From the human T2T-CHM13v2.0 reference genome, Homo sapiens: 64,000 nucleotides of DNA. The notes below the pieces were generated by a model that saw nothing but the letters and a program-made list of their open reading frames with translations, was not told the origin of the DNA and made no database searches. A program made the translations under genes and the position numbers. Positions 1 to 15,830 of this stretch are shown here, piece by piece. How positions within the stretch are numbered: the first letter of the stretch is position 1; every line of letters starts with the position of its first letter. Location of the stretch: the NCBI RefSeq assembly GCF_009914755.1, contig NC_060933.1; one strand, 5' to 3'.

Positions 1-745
<745 letters not shown>

Positions 746-835
746 GCAGACATAATCTATTTACCTGCAGATTAAAGCGTTCTTTATTTTTCTGTCTCCC
801 TCTCTTAATTTTTTAAAAATAATATGAATTGTAGT

Positions 836-1447
836 AAAGAGAAAGAAAAGAAAACAAAGAAAAAGAAGGAAGGAAATAAAGAAAGAAGAAAGAAAAGGAG
901 GAGGAAATGAGGGAAGGAAGGGAGGGAGGGAGGAAGGGAGAAAGGCAGGAAGGGAGAAAAAAGAAAACATGAACACAAGAAAGAAGGAAGGAAAGAAAAG
1001 AAAGAAAGAAAGAGAAAGAAAGAGAGAAAGAGAGAAAGAAAGAAAGGAGGAAGGGAGGAAGAAAAGGAGGAAGAGAGAATGGTAAAAGGGAGGAAGGCAA
1101 AGAAACAAAGAAAATAAAGAGGCGAAGGAAGGAAGGAAAAAGAGGAAAGGAAGGGAGGGAGGAAGGAAGAAAAGGAGGGCGGGAGGAAGGGAGAAAAAAG
1201 GAAAGAAAGCAACAACGTGAGAAAGAAAGAAAGAATACGAGAAAAGAAGGAAGAAAAGGGAGGGAGAAAGGAAGGGAGGGAGGAGGGAAGGAAGAATAAG
1301 AGGAAAGAAAGAAAGAAGGAAAGAAGGAAGGAGAAAAAAGAAAGAAAGGAAAAGAAAAAAGAAAAGAAAAGGAAGAGGAAAAGAAGAAAGGAAGGAAGAA
1401 GGCAAGGGAAGGGAAGAGAAGACAAAGGAAGATGGAAAGAAGGAAGA
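836..1447 (+). repeat. GA-rich polypurine low-complexity tract
   Basis: ~610 bp almost entirely A/G (GAAA/GGAA/GGGA units); explains the F/L/S/P-rich minus-strand ORFs. Confidence 0.95.
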
Positions 1448-2365
1448 CCGCAAACATTAGAAATTCTGTGTTTGTTAGAGAATATGCCATACTGTTTTTT
1501 TTTCACTTGAAAGGAAAGAGTAGCTGCCATTGAAGATTGGATGTCTTGTTGGTGATATTGTTGTTCTTATCTTCCACATGATTACTGAGTTTGTGCCTAG
1601 TCTTTCCATTACTAAGACAAAAGTGTTGAAGTCTGCAAATATAATTTTGGATTTTTCTAGTTCACCTTTGATTTCTTTCATGTTTTACCTCATGTATTTG
1701 GAGGCTCTGTTGTTAGCTGCATACCCTAATTAGTAGGATGTTTACATCTTCTTGAGAATTGATTATTCTATTATCTATTATCTCTCATCTCTGATACTAT
1801 TTCTTGTTCCGAACTCTGTTGTGTCTAATATCAATGTAGTCCTTCCACAGCCTTATTTTAGTGTTTCCATGATATGGCTTTCTCCATATCTTGATGATAA
1901 CCTATTTATATCTCTATATATTTGGAGCAAGATATAAAATTTAGACTTGATTTTTTAAAGATTTTTCAAGACGGAATTCTTATTTCTTTTTGTTCTATTT
2001 GACATTCTCTGAGTTTCCTATATCTGAAGTTTGATTTTCTGTCACTTCTTTTAGAATATTTTTGGCAGTTATTTTGAAATATATTTCTTTTGCTCCATTA
2101 TTTTTTCCTCTTTTCTTTTTGGGATTTCAATCATAACTAGAGTAGGCAATTTCATCTCAGTCTTATGCAGGTACATTTTCTCAGGGTCTCAGGAATGTAG
2201 CCTTCTCACACTTCTGTTCTTTTCCTGGCTGTGTTGGTGAGCTCAGTGATATTCCTCCTTCACCTTTAAGAGCAGTTTTGTTTTGTTTTTCCTGTTTTCA
2301 TACTCCCAGCATCAGGAGTATTCTAAGTGTGGCAGTTTTTGTTGCCTTCCCCTACATATTAAGTG

Positions 2366-2655
2366 GAATATCTTGGTCTATTTGGACCCTTATAACAAAA
2401 TAACATAAACTGGGTGACTCAAAAACAACAGATATTTCTTTTTTCACACTTCTTGAGGCTGTAAGATCTCAGGTCAAGATGCTCACAAATTCAGTGTTGA
2501 TGAGAGCCCATTTCATGGATCATAGATGGTGCCTTCTTTCTATGTCCTCACACAGTGGAAGTCACACAAGAACTCCATTGAGCTTCTTTTATAAAGGCAC
2601 TAATCCCATTCATAAGGGCTCGGCCCCCAAGACCTGGTCACCTCCCAAGTGTTCT
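2366..2655 (-). mobile_element. MaLR (MLT1-type) LTR fragment
   Basis: tatcttggtc...ataacaaaataacataaactgggtgact...cttttataaaggcactaatcccattcataagggctcggcccc is typical MLT1/MST text. Confidence 0.7.
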
Positions 2656-3479
2656 GCTCTCCCTGATCTGTGTCATATACAGACTCTCTTGGATTCCTTA
2701 CCAATTGCTTGAGAGATCACAGTGGGTTTGTGGGGAAAAAGTTTTCAAGATGATGGATCTTTCCCAACTTCTGCAACTGTCAGCGGTCTCCCAATCTCAC
2801 CAGCCCCACTTTGTCTTTAGGAATTTATTGATTATTCCAGCTTTACTTGTCATAGTGGTGTCTATTTGCATCTGTCCTACGTAAGTGCATCTGTCCTCTT
2901 TCTCCTTGCAGGTGCTTGTTTTCCCTCACATTTTGACTCAGTTCTTGGCAACCTGGTTGCTCTAAAAATAAAGTCATGACTTTGAAGTTAGTTTGGTTCT
3001 TTCATTGTTGTCAGGTTAGGAACCCTATTCCATCCCAGATCTCCAAAACCCAGACTTTTTGGGGGGTTGAAATGTTAGGCTTTCTCTTTGAATTGTAGTT
3101 TTATCTTCTTTCAGTTACCATTTGCATTTTCATAATGATTAATGAGACTAAGCTTTTTTTGTGTAGTTGACTGTACCTTTGGATTTTTTTCCCAAATACC
3201 TTTTTATTTCTTCTTTTCTTTATGGTTTTAGAAAATGTAGTTTACATAATTGCAGCTTGATTTGTTACTCAGTTAATGGCATGCTTAATGGAGAGAAAAA
3301 ATATTAAATATATTTCCCTTTTTAATTACTGTGCTTTTTTCTTTTTTAAGGAAATGTTTCATTATGTTAAATTTCAGTGTTATTCTACTTAGCTATTCCT
3401 TAAATATTATAATATTTTGGATTTCACATGTACATTTGTAACATATCTTGAGTTTATTATGTATAGAGTAAGGCTATTT

Positions 3480-5400
<1,921 letters not shown>

Positions 5401-5824
5401 TATGAGCTAAATTGTTTCCTTTATATAGATGCTGAAATTCTAACCACTGAATATGACCTCATTAGGAAATAGGTTCTTTGCAGCTGATCAAGTTAAGATA
5501 CAATCAGATGAGCCTGAATTCAATATGACTGATGTCCTTATTAAAAGAAGAGATTTGAGTAGAGGGAGACATACACACAGGGAGAGTACCATGTGATTAT
5601 GAGGACAGAGATTAGCCAAGGAATGCCAAAGACTGCCACTAAACCATCAGAAGCGAGAAACAAGGCACAGAACAGGCTTTCTCTCATAGCCCTTGAAGGG
5701 ACCATCCCTGCTGACCCCTCAATCTCAGACTTTTAGCTTCCAGGACTATAAGACTATAAATGTATGTTGTTCATGGCACCCAGTTTGTGTTACTTGGTTA
5801 TGGCAGCCCTAGGAAACTAATACA
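5401..5824 (+). mobile_element. MaLR MLT1 solo LTR
   Basis: Starts tatgagctaaattgtt, ends ttggttatggcagccctaggaaactaataca (MLT1 3' end). Confidence 0.8.
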
Positions 5825-5879
5825 TGAACTAATAACAAAGCATAATAACATGAAGCAAAAATTGACAAAAGAGGAGCAT

Positions 5880-7400
5880 CAGCAAAATGGCAGTGGAGAC
5901 AGCTGCAATCTTTCATTTCCCCACAGAAACATCACACAACTAAGAGAAACTGTCCAAATAAACTTTGCCAAAACTCTGGAAAACAGTCAAAAGATTACAA
6001 CAACCGAGTGAAAGCAGACTCAAGAAAAAGACAACTTGAAAACTTTATGACATTTTTAGCTTGCCTTTGCCCCAGCAAATTGGCAGTTTTGAAGTGTCAG
6101 AAGCCCACGTTCCCAGTGAGGAACACTGGTCCATGGTCCAAAGGAACAAGAGAAGATCTTACCCGCAAATTACTATGTGTCTGTTCTGACTGGTCTGGGG
6201 GATATCTAAAGGACTCATGAAAGGCTTTTGTTTTTCTGTGTTGCTAGAATACAGAACAGATAAGGAATGGACATTATCAAGGAACTCTGCAGGGAGACCT
6301 AACAAACCACAGATGCTTAGGGCAAAAATTAGAGTTTACACATATAGTAGATCACCTTCAGCACAGGAAGAAAAGTTGGAGAAGAGTATTTGGAAAACTA
6401 AGACATTCAAAATTATTCACGTACATGGGAGAGTCTAGAAAGTCACATGTATGCATAGGTTAAGCCACATGCTGACAAATGTCATAAGAAGACCCTACAC
6501 TTTTACCTTGGCCGATCCCTCCCCTCAGTGCAAGCTCTGTGCAAGAGTGAACTTGAACTTCACTCAGTGCAAGAGTGAACACACACTTTGTGCCGGCTTT
6601 AAAGAACCCAGCACAAAGCCAGTCTGCATGGCCTAGAAGTATATTTTGCTGGACAATGATTACTTGTTTTTCTTTTTGTTTTTGTTGTATTTGCCTCTTT
6701 GCTTACTTCCTGACATACAAGAAAATCACTGTCAAAACATTAGCTTAACATTTGTTAAGGAAACAAAAAGACTTCGGTGACCACACCTTATAAAGCAAAC
6801 AGTTTTGTAAATCACTTTGGAAAATTTCACTAAAAAAAAAATCCTTAACAATATAATAAGTAAAGAAAATTTAAAACCCCAAAACATTACTGTGTTTGTA
6901 GGGGAGGGTCTGATTTACAGAGTAACCACATAGTAATTATAATTATTATAATGCCCAGTTTTCAAAAAAAGTTACAAGGCATACAAAGAACGGGAAAGTA
7001 TGGCTCATTCAAAGGAACAAAACAAACTGACAGAAAATATCTCTAAGGAAACCCAGACTTCAAACTTACTAGACAAAGACTTTAAAACAACTCTCTTAAT
7101 TATACTCAAATGTCGCAAGGAAAGCATAAACAAAGAAATAAAGGATTCAGAAAAAATATTAAAAAGTAGGAATATCAACAGAGATAGCAGAAATTCTGGA
7201 GTGGAAAACTACAATGATAAAAATTTAAAAATCACCAGAGGGATTTAAGAGTATATTTGCACACACAGAGGAAGTCATGAGCTTGAAGATAAGAAAATGG
7301 AAAATATTGACTCTGAGAAACAGATAAAAAATGAGCAGAGACTAAGGAATCTGTGGGACATCATCAAATAGACCAACGTTCATATTCTAGAAGGATAAAT
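5880..7400 (+). mobile_element. Old L1M 5' region/ORF1 remnant
   Basis: ORF1-like decayed text (cttactagacaaagactttaaaacaact; gcagagactaaggaatctgtgggacatcatcaa). Confidence 0.6.
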
Positions 7401-8099
7401 TATGTTGTTGAAAACTTTAGCATTCTTTCTTTTCACCTTCCTCCCTCTTCCTCCTTTTTACTTTTCTTCCTCTTCCTTTCTCTTCTTCTTTCTCTCCTTC
7501 ATTATCCCTTTCGCTCTGTTTCTCTTTCTCCCTTTCTCTTTTTCCTTTTCTTTCAATTTTCTCCATTACTAAGAGATGTTTGAATACCCTTACCATGTGA
7601 GTTGATATGGTTATTTCTCCATTTAATCCTCTTTTGAGATTTATAGTCTCTCTAAGTAAAGAGATAACCCAAACATAAGCCTCACAAACAGGCTTCCATA
7701 CCATTCTTAATTTGGTCCTGTAATTCTTCATTGCTGTATTAACTTTCTGATGCTTTTAAGGATGTTTTACAACAAATTGTTTAGTTTTTTCCACTGGAAT
7801 GTTTATTCTCAATTATCTAATTCATACTGTAAGTATAGAGGGAGTTTAATATAAAATTATTAAACTAATACTTGTGAAAGAACGTATTTGTGCATTTAAC
7901 AAATATGTTAATCCTCAGACTGTTATTGGGCAGCTGAGCATACAGCAATAAAAATAACATAATTTTTATGTGTACAATATTTATGGAATACGTTACTGGA
8001 ACAAATAAATAATTTAGTTAATAACATGACAAAGAACAGAAATTGTATGCACTATAGAGCATAGTAATGGAATAATGATTAAAGTTATTAATATTAGGT

Positions 8100-8720
8100 A
8101 GAAAATGAAGGGTATCTTTGAGAGCAGAACTCAAGGAAACAAGCAATTCGCCTTATGAGGAAAGAGTTACCTGTGGATAAAGGAGAAACTGAAAAATTTA
8201 CAAGTCAAGACTTTTTGTGCAAAAACAAAAATATGATTATTAGTCACCAATTCAGTACAGTGAAAAAAAAGTTGAAGAGATATCTTGGAAGTAAACCATA
8301 TTGTGGAAGAGCATGTAGGGTTTTGATAATCAGGGGATTATTCTGAATTAATTTTAAATGCGATAGGAATATATGAGATAACTTAACCAGAGAATAACAT
8401 GATTGTGTTTGCATTTCAAAGGGGTGTATCTTGTGCACCGTGTAGAATAAATAGGTTTTGTGAGCAAATAAATTGGGAGGCTACTCTAATCCAGAGAAAA
8501 AAGGTAGTGACTTAGGTGAGAATGCTGTCAGGATGAGTGGTAGTAGTGGTGAGAAGTCATTAGGCCATGGATGTATTTCATAGGACTAGCCAAGAGAACT
8601 GCAGCTAAATTGGAGTGTAGGGAGTCAAATGGAGAACTCAAAGATGACTCTCAGCACTGGAAAGTGACACTGAAACATGCTGATGCCTCTTATTAAGAGA
8701 GTTACTTGGGAATGGCAAGA
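8100..8720 (-). mobile_element. L2-like remnant
   Basis: Weak L2 motifs (gaggctactctaatccag, ggatgtatttc...aggact, aagatgactctcag). Confidence 0.4.
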
Positions 8721-11061
8721 TCAAAACTTCTCACTTTCAAATTTATGAAAAATATTGTTTTCAGAACGAATGACTTTGGGATCAGAAAGCCATCATTCTA
8801 ATTGATGGTTCCAAGACTACACGGGCTCACACTCCCAAGAACAAAAGTAAATCATCACAAAGGTGCTTCCTGATAATTCTAGAGAATGGAGAATTACTGT
8901 AACATCTTTCTGATTTTAGGAGAGGTAGCAGTTCCCTGTTTAGCCTAAACGCTATTTTTTTTTAAAGCTCAGCCAAGAGACTCCATTATAATTTTCAAAT
9001 GCGTGTAACTTAAATTCTCATATGAAATACCACTATGCTTAAATTAGTCAAAACATTTTCCCCATCTACAACTCTATCTTTTCATTGCAATCATTTTCAC
9101 AAAAGTGACTGCAGCTCACAGACCCTAAAAGGAGAAAATCCAGGGTAGGTTATCTGATCTAGTTTTGAAGACAGGATCTAGAGATTATTTAATATGAAAT
9201 AGGTCACCTGAAATGAAGTGTTTCCTGAAAACAGCTTGGATCAGCCCAGTTTTCTACCACTGAACCATGCATTTGGTTTAAAAAACACAACAACTCTGGG
9301 GAATATCGGCTGCTTCCAACTGTGTTGAAGGTGTTAAAGAAAAGAGCATAAAAGTAAAAATGATCATCTGAGGCCTTTATAGTCTCTGCTCAAGAGACTA
9401 GAGTCTTCCATTCTTAACGAAACACCCAAATATCTTAATAATTGGGCAAAATCTAAATATCAGAGAGATAATTTTATCTTGAAGATTGTTAAATTATAAT
9501 GGTGATTCACTACCTTGCCACGTCTCTGAGTCAAAAATTAGGTCTTTGTTTAGGAATCAATGGTACTCTGCAACTTGGAAATAGGAAGATTTTAGAAGAC
9601 TCAAACACTGACTTTCTTGTGTGCAAAAAAAAGACGTATTGAGTTAAGACAAGTCTTTCCTTGCAAGGATACCTCTAATGCTCATACACCACCTCCCCTA
9701 ACGTTAATATAGCTTCCAGGTCAGTAACCAGTGTCAGAGAGCAGCCCATGCAACTACAAATTCAATAGATGTCGAACACAGGGTCAAGCCTAGAATAAGA
9801 AGTCTTAGCTAATTAAGTATGCTTTGTTCCCCAAATTCATATTAACAAAAACTTGGATATGTCAGAGAATGCATTCTAAGTTCACTCAACCTAGGAGGGA
9901 GAAACATAATTTTAAATTAAGAGCTGAAGCATTCTTGTCCTAACAAAAAGCAAGGAAAACGAAATATCACACCACAGGAGGGATTTCACAAATTAGTGTC
10001 AACATCAAAACCTTAAAATAGGCAAGGAAAATGCAGATTTACAATGAACTCTTGTACTTGTTTTGTTCAGAGAAGAGATGGTTCTGAGAGAATGACAGTG
10101 AACTAACCCCAGCTGGTTTAATTGATGCTTTCAACTGCTGCTTCTGATCAACTCCTTCAGCTAGAATAAATTGATGAGGATTTTGGCATGTGGTATTAGA
10201 GATGGTTATTAATTTTTTCCTCTTATTTGCATTGTTCAATGTAGTAAATACTAGCTGTATAGGGCTACTTCAATTCAAATTAATTACAATGAAATATACT
10301 TAAATATTGCATTTTTTAGTCACTGTTGGTTCATTATTGAATATCTTCAGCTAAGATTTCCCATCTAAATACACTAAGAGGTGGCTTAGTTAACTGGTCG
10401 TCCACAAATATTGACGCTGATGTTAACTCCTGATATATTCTCTGCAAATAGAATATTCATGAGCCTCCTCCTGAAATCAGCAGCCTAGAGATAGTTTTAT
10501 AAATTGGATACAAGTTGGAAATCTATATACTCTTTCAGTGTTTGAAATATTAGCTTCCCAGGGAAGAAAATCAAATTCATAAGCTATGTTAGGACGATTT
10601 AACTCAAGATGTTCAAAACTGAAATGACGTATTCTACAATATGTGATAAAACCACCCCCTAACAACTTAAAGCAAAACAGGGACTGACCTTAAAGACCTG
10701 CCTTTTCCTCATCCCCCAATCAGTTTTCAAATCTCGCATTTTATTTCAAAAGGTCCTTATCCCCCTAGTCTCTTGTTTCTAGACTCGGCACATATTTAAG
10801 TTTGTTACCTCTATCTACTGACATCTTTCTCTTCGAACGGTATCTATGCCTGCCAAATGTGAATATACAAAAAACAAATCAGAATGTGCCATTCTGATTT
10901 AAACTGCTTATTAGTTAAAACCCTCAAGATAACATCTGGGTTCTTGGCTGCAATGAGTCAAGCCTACTTACATCTTTTTTTGTCTTTGGCTGCACATTTC
11001 CTATCACATCACACTCCAGCAAAGCCAAGCTGTGCCGGCCTTCTACCCCATCTCCACTATC

Positions 11062-11734
11062 TTGCCCCGCGTCGCCGCGGCTTTTTGACCCTCATCACAG
11101 CGGCTCTTTTGCTCTTCGCCGCCGCGGCTTTTGCCCCAACCACCACCTCGGCTTTTCCCCCGCAGCCGCGGCTTTTTCCCCACCGCGGTTTTTTGCCCCC
11201 ACCCGCCGCCTCGGGTTTATGCCCGCCACGGCTTTTAGTTCCTTGCCGCCGCGGCTTTTTGCCCGACCCGGCTTTTTGCCCCCCGCCGCCGCCGCGGCTT
11301 TTTGCCCAACCTGGCTTTTTGCCCACCCCCGCTGCCGCGGCTTTTTCACCCCCGCCGCCGTGGCTTTTTGTCGCCGCGGCTTTTTGCCCCCCCCCGCCGC
11401 CGCCACGGCTTTCTGCCCGCCGCGGCTTTTTGCTCGACCCCGGCTTTTTACCCCCCCACCGCCGCGGCTTTCTGCCCCCCGCCGCCGTGGCTTTCTGCCC
11501 CCCGCCGCTTTTTACCCCCGCCGCCGCCGCGGCTTTTTGCTCGACCCAGCTTTTTGCTCCCCCCTCCGCCGCGGCTTTCTGCCCGCCGCGGCTTTTTACC
11601 ACCCGCCGCCGCCGCAGCTTTTTGCTCCCCCACCGCCGCGGCTTTTTCACCCCCGCCGCCGTGGCTTTTTGCTCGACCCGGCTTTTTGCCCCGACCGCCG
11701 CCGCGGCTTTCTGCCCGCCGCAGCTTTTTACCCC

Positions 11735-11768
<34 letters not shown>

Positions 11769-13282
11769 GGCTTTTTGCTCCCCCGCCGCCGCGACTTTTT
11801 CACCCCCGTCGCCGTGGCTTTTTGTCACCCCCGTCGCCGTGGCTTTTTGTCCCCCCCACCGCCGCGGCTTTTTGCCCCCCGCCGCCGCGGCTTTCTGCCC
11901 GGCCGCAGCTTTTTACCCCCGCCGCCGCCGCGGCTTTTTGCTCGACCCGGCTTTTTGCCCCCCCCACCGCCGCGGCTTTTTCACCCCCACCGCCGTGGCT
12001 TTTTGTCGCCGCGGCTTTTTGCCCCCCGCATCGCCACGGCTTTTTCACCCCCGCCGCCGCGGCCCCCGCCCGGTTCCGCGGTTATTTGACAGCCGCGGCT
12101 TTTTGCACACCCCCCCCCCCCCCCCGGTGCCGCGGTTATTTGCACGTCGCGACTTTTTGCACCCCCGCCGCCGCGGCTTTTTCCGCGCCACGGATTTTTG
12201 TCCCCCGCTGCCGCGGCGTTTTGCCCCCCATCGCCGCGGCTTTTTGCCCCCCCACCATCGCGGCTTTTTGCGCGCCTCGGCTTTTCGCCCCCTGCCGCCG
12301 CGGCTTTTTCCCCACTGCGGTTTTTTGCCCCCCCGCCCGCCGCCTCGGGTTTTTGCCCGCCGCGGCTTTTTGCCTCCGCAGCTTTTTGTGCCCCCGCCGC
12401 CGCGGCTTTTTGCACCCCCGCCAAAAGCCGCGGCTTTTTGCACCCCCGCCAAAAGCCGCGGCTTTTTGCACCCCCGCCAAAAGCCGCGGCTTTTTGCACC
12501 CCCGCCAAAAGCCGCGGCTTTTTGCACCCCCGCCAAAAGCCGCGGCTTTTTGCACCCCCGCCAAAAGCCGCGGCTTTTTGCACCCCCGCCAAAAGCCGCG
12601 GCTTTTTGCACCCCCGCCAAAAGCCGCGGCTTTTTACCTGCCGCAGCTTTTTGCCCGCCACGGCTTTTTGCCCCTCGCTGCCACGGCTTTTTGCCCCCCC
12701 CCCCCCCCCCCCCCACCGCCGACGCGGCTTATTGCCCCCCACCACCGCGGCTTTTTGCCCGACCTGGCTTTTTGCCCGACCCGGCTTTTTGCCCCTCGCT
12801 GCCACGGCTTTTTGCCCCCCGCCGCCGCGGCTTTTTGCCCACGGCGGTTTTTTGTCTCCCCGCCGCCTCGGGTTTATGCCTGCCCCGGCTTTTTGCCCTC
12901 CGCAACTTTTTGGCGCCCCGGGTGCCGCGGTTATTTGCCTGCCGCGGCTTTTTGCACCCCCGCCGCCACGACTTTTTGCCGCCCGCCGCCGCGGCTTTTT
13001 GCCCCGCCGCCGCGCCTTTCTGCCCGCCGCGGCTTTTTACCCCCCGCCGCCGCGGCTTTTTGCCCACCCCCGCTGCCGCGGCTTTTTCACCCCCGCTGCC
13101 GCGGCTTTTTTGTCGCCGCGGCTTTTTGCCCCCCGCCGCCGCGTCTTTTTGCTCCCCCGCTATGGCGGCTTTTTGCGCCCCACGGCCCCCCGCCCCGTGC
13201 CGCGGTTATTTGCCCGCGGCGGCTTTTTGCCCCCCAGGCGCCGCGGCTTTTTGCCCCCCGCCCCCGTGGCTTTTTGCCCCAT
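11062..13282 (+). repeat. GC-rich degenerate tandem repeat block, core GCCGCGGCTTTTTG(C)n (CAAAAAGCCGCGG-type pericentromeric repeat), CpG-island-like
   Basis: Dozens of copies of the core separated by C/CCG runs; includes (CCG)11 at 11735-11767, C16 at 12110-12125 and C21 at 12694-12714. Confidence 0.95.
12399..12635 (+). repeat. Perfect 28-bp minisatellite (GCCGCGGCTTTTTGCACCCCCGCCAAAA) x ~8.5
   Basis: ccaaaag recurs at 12421, 12449, 12477, 12505, 12533, 12561, 12589 and 12617 with identical intervening sequence. Confidence 0.97.
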
Positions 13283-14877
13283 GGCCATCCTCAGAAGCGT
13301 GAGTGGAACAGAGTGAAGGGAAAGCTGTTTTCTTCGAAAGCTCAAAAATCTTGAACTTTCAAATAGGGATAAGTGTTATTTTTGCTCCAAGCACACATTT
13401 GAGAAATCTTCCATTTAGCGGATATGATGATAAACCCACATTTTTTGTTTTAATCTGAAAATGTATTTGTATGGTTCTTGGAAATATTTTTTTTGCATAT
13501 AAAATTATAGTTTATCATCTTATTTCAAGTTTTATTTACCATTTGATAGTTACTCCTAAAATGTCATTGATTAAAGAATCATCTATTGCTCCAACTGCTC
13601 TTTACTAAAGGTAATTTGTCTTTTTAACCTCATCAGGCTCCTTTTAAGGTCTCAAACTGACCTTATATTTTTTTACAGATTGAATGCATTAAGTCCATTT
13701 ATTATTTATGATGAATTTATTTATGTATTTATTTTCGCTATCACAAGTAGAAAAAGCCTATAAGTTGCTATGCCAAAAACCTGCCTCTAGATGGCAAACA
13801 AACCCCGCAATACACAAAAGAGAGCCAAATTCTTAGAAACCCTGGGAAAGGAAGAGGGCTACTGTCCCATTAACAACTTGGAGCCCTTAAGGCAAGAATG
13901 AGGTGGACCATCTGGAACATCTGGGAGGAGACACCAGGGTGCGGAGTAGTGGGGAACCTGCTCTGTGCTCTGAGACTGAAAGCCCAGCCTTGCCTCTCAC
14001 CACTGCCTTGACTGTGTCCCCATCTGCTGTGAAGTGAATGGTGTCTTCTAAATTCATGCTGAGCCCTAATTGCTGAAAAGTGTAAGACATGCAATGGGGG
14101 GATTATGTGCATCTTCCTGACACCAACATGATGCTCAGGAAGGAGACTTCTTGTTTTCTCTTAGGATTCTTTTACTAACCAAGATTTTGCCTCTACTGCA
14201 TATTTCCCTTTGCTGATTGTCCCTCCCTTTTGACAGAAGATGGCCCAGGGCATTCACTACTAAGTCTCAACCTCTTACCCAAAGCCCTCAGTCTAGTGTT
14301 GCTCTTTCCTTCATGCTATTTTTGTTTCTTTTCTTGTCATCATCTTGGCAATAAAATAGTCACTTTTTTCTTTCTACCTATTAAAGATGTTACCTTAGTT
14401 AATTACAGTGGTTTCCTTCAGAATGATAAATGGTCTTTCAAAATGATGTAAAGAGATCTAAATCCGTGTGCTCCAGAAGTTGAATGAAGCTCTGTCTAGC
14501 ACGGGTGCCAGTGACTCTCCCAGAGTGCTCCATGCAGCTGGACCCACGGAGTCCCTCTGTGCTGTCATATCACCCACTGCCTTCTGTGAATGAGATATTC
14601 TGATTGGAATCCTGGTGGATGCTATTTGAGCCATGCCCCCACAACTCCTATGAAAGCCGAGGACCACAGGCCCCTGAAGACAATCACAGGTCTCTAGACT
14701 CACAGCTCATGACCGTCCTCTGCAGACACAGCTTCTCCCCGGATGGCTGAGTTTTGTCATTGGCTGTGTCCTTCCTTGTGCATGACAACAGGAGACATAG
14801 AAGGTCTGTAAGCAGCCCTGCAAGCCAGGTTCTGAGCAAGCCCTCCTGTGTGAGGCCCTCTTACCTGGACATAGGTG

Positions 14878-15726
14878 TGTAAACCAAAAATGAAACTCTA
14901 AGCTCCCTAACCAACTGAATGAACTCCTCCTCTCAGCCAAGGACACACCAAAATCAACCTGAAATACAATACAGTCCATGATCGGAACGGATGATTGGAT
15001 ATGCCTTAACTTACCCTCTTCCCTTTAAAATTCAGGCAGAACTGACCAGCTTTTAATATGAAGACAGAGACCTTGAGACTGACAAAGAAAACTCTTTATA
15101 GCAATAAGATACCAATGTGACAGATACCACGTCCTAAGAGAAATCAAAGTATTTTCCCCAAGATATTGTTATTTAATGTATTTAAAAATGCCTCTGCAAA
15201 GCTGGTTCTTGTGGGAAAAATCTAAATTCTGTAGAGATTCCTTTTTAAGTCTCTTTCCTGACCCAGAGAGATTTAACTAAGAGTTTGGCACCTTTTAAGT
15301 CTACTAAAAAACAATTACAATCTATTCTCTCTGAAGCCTGCTACCTGGAGGCTTCATCTGCATGATGCAACCTTGGCTCCAAAACCCTTTTTCTAAACCC
15401 AGAAACTCCCTTGTGTTGATTACAGGTCATTAGATAAACTCTTTCAACCACCTATGAAATCTTTGAATCCACCTATGACCTGGAAGTCCCCAATATCCCC
15501 CCTCCTTCGGGCTGTCCTGCCTTTCAATATCAAAGCAATGTACAGCTTACACGTATTGATTGATATCTTATGTCTCCTTAAAACGTGTAAAACCAACCTG
15601 TAGCCCGACGACCTTTGACACACGTTCTCAAGACCTCCTGAGGCTGTTTCACTGATATTTCTTTAACTTTGACCAAATAAATTTCTAAACTGATTGAGAC
15701 TTTTCTCAGATGCTTATTTGTTTATA
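14878..15726 (+). mobile_element. ERV1 MER4-family solo LTR
   Basis: Starts tgtaaaccaaaaatgaaactctaagctccctaaccaactgaatg; aaataaatttctaaactgattgagac near the end; flanks ggtg/ggta resemble a 4-bp TSD. Confidence 0.8.
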
Positions 15727-15798
15727 GGTATCACTGGATACACTTAAGGAATTGAAGAGATTTATGACATTGAGAAAAGGAGGAAGCCAGGGTGTGTG

Positions 15799-15830
<32 letters not shown>

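Noticed and set aside
761-1530. 230/241/225-aa hydrophobic ORFs resembling membrane proteins
   Set aside because: Translations of the CT-rich low-complexity strand.
12399-12635. CRISPR-like array (palindromic repeats at fixed spacing)
   Set aside because: The 'spacers' are identical, there are no cas genes, and the DNA is primate; it is a minisatellite.
10884-13354. Long ORFs (401, 711, 666, 372 aa and minus-strand ORFs) over the GC-rich block
   Set aside because: Open in nearly all frames because the repeat unit has no stop codons; translations are repetitive with no domain.
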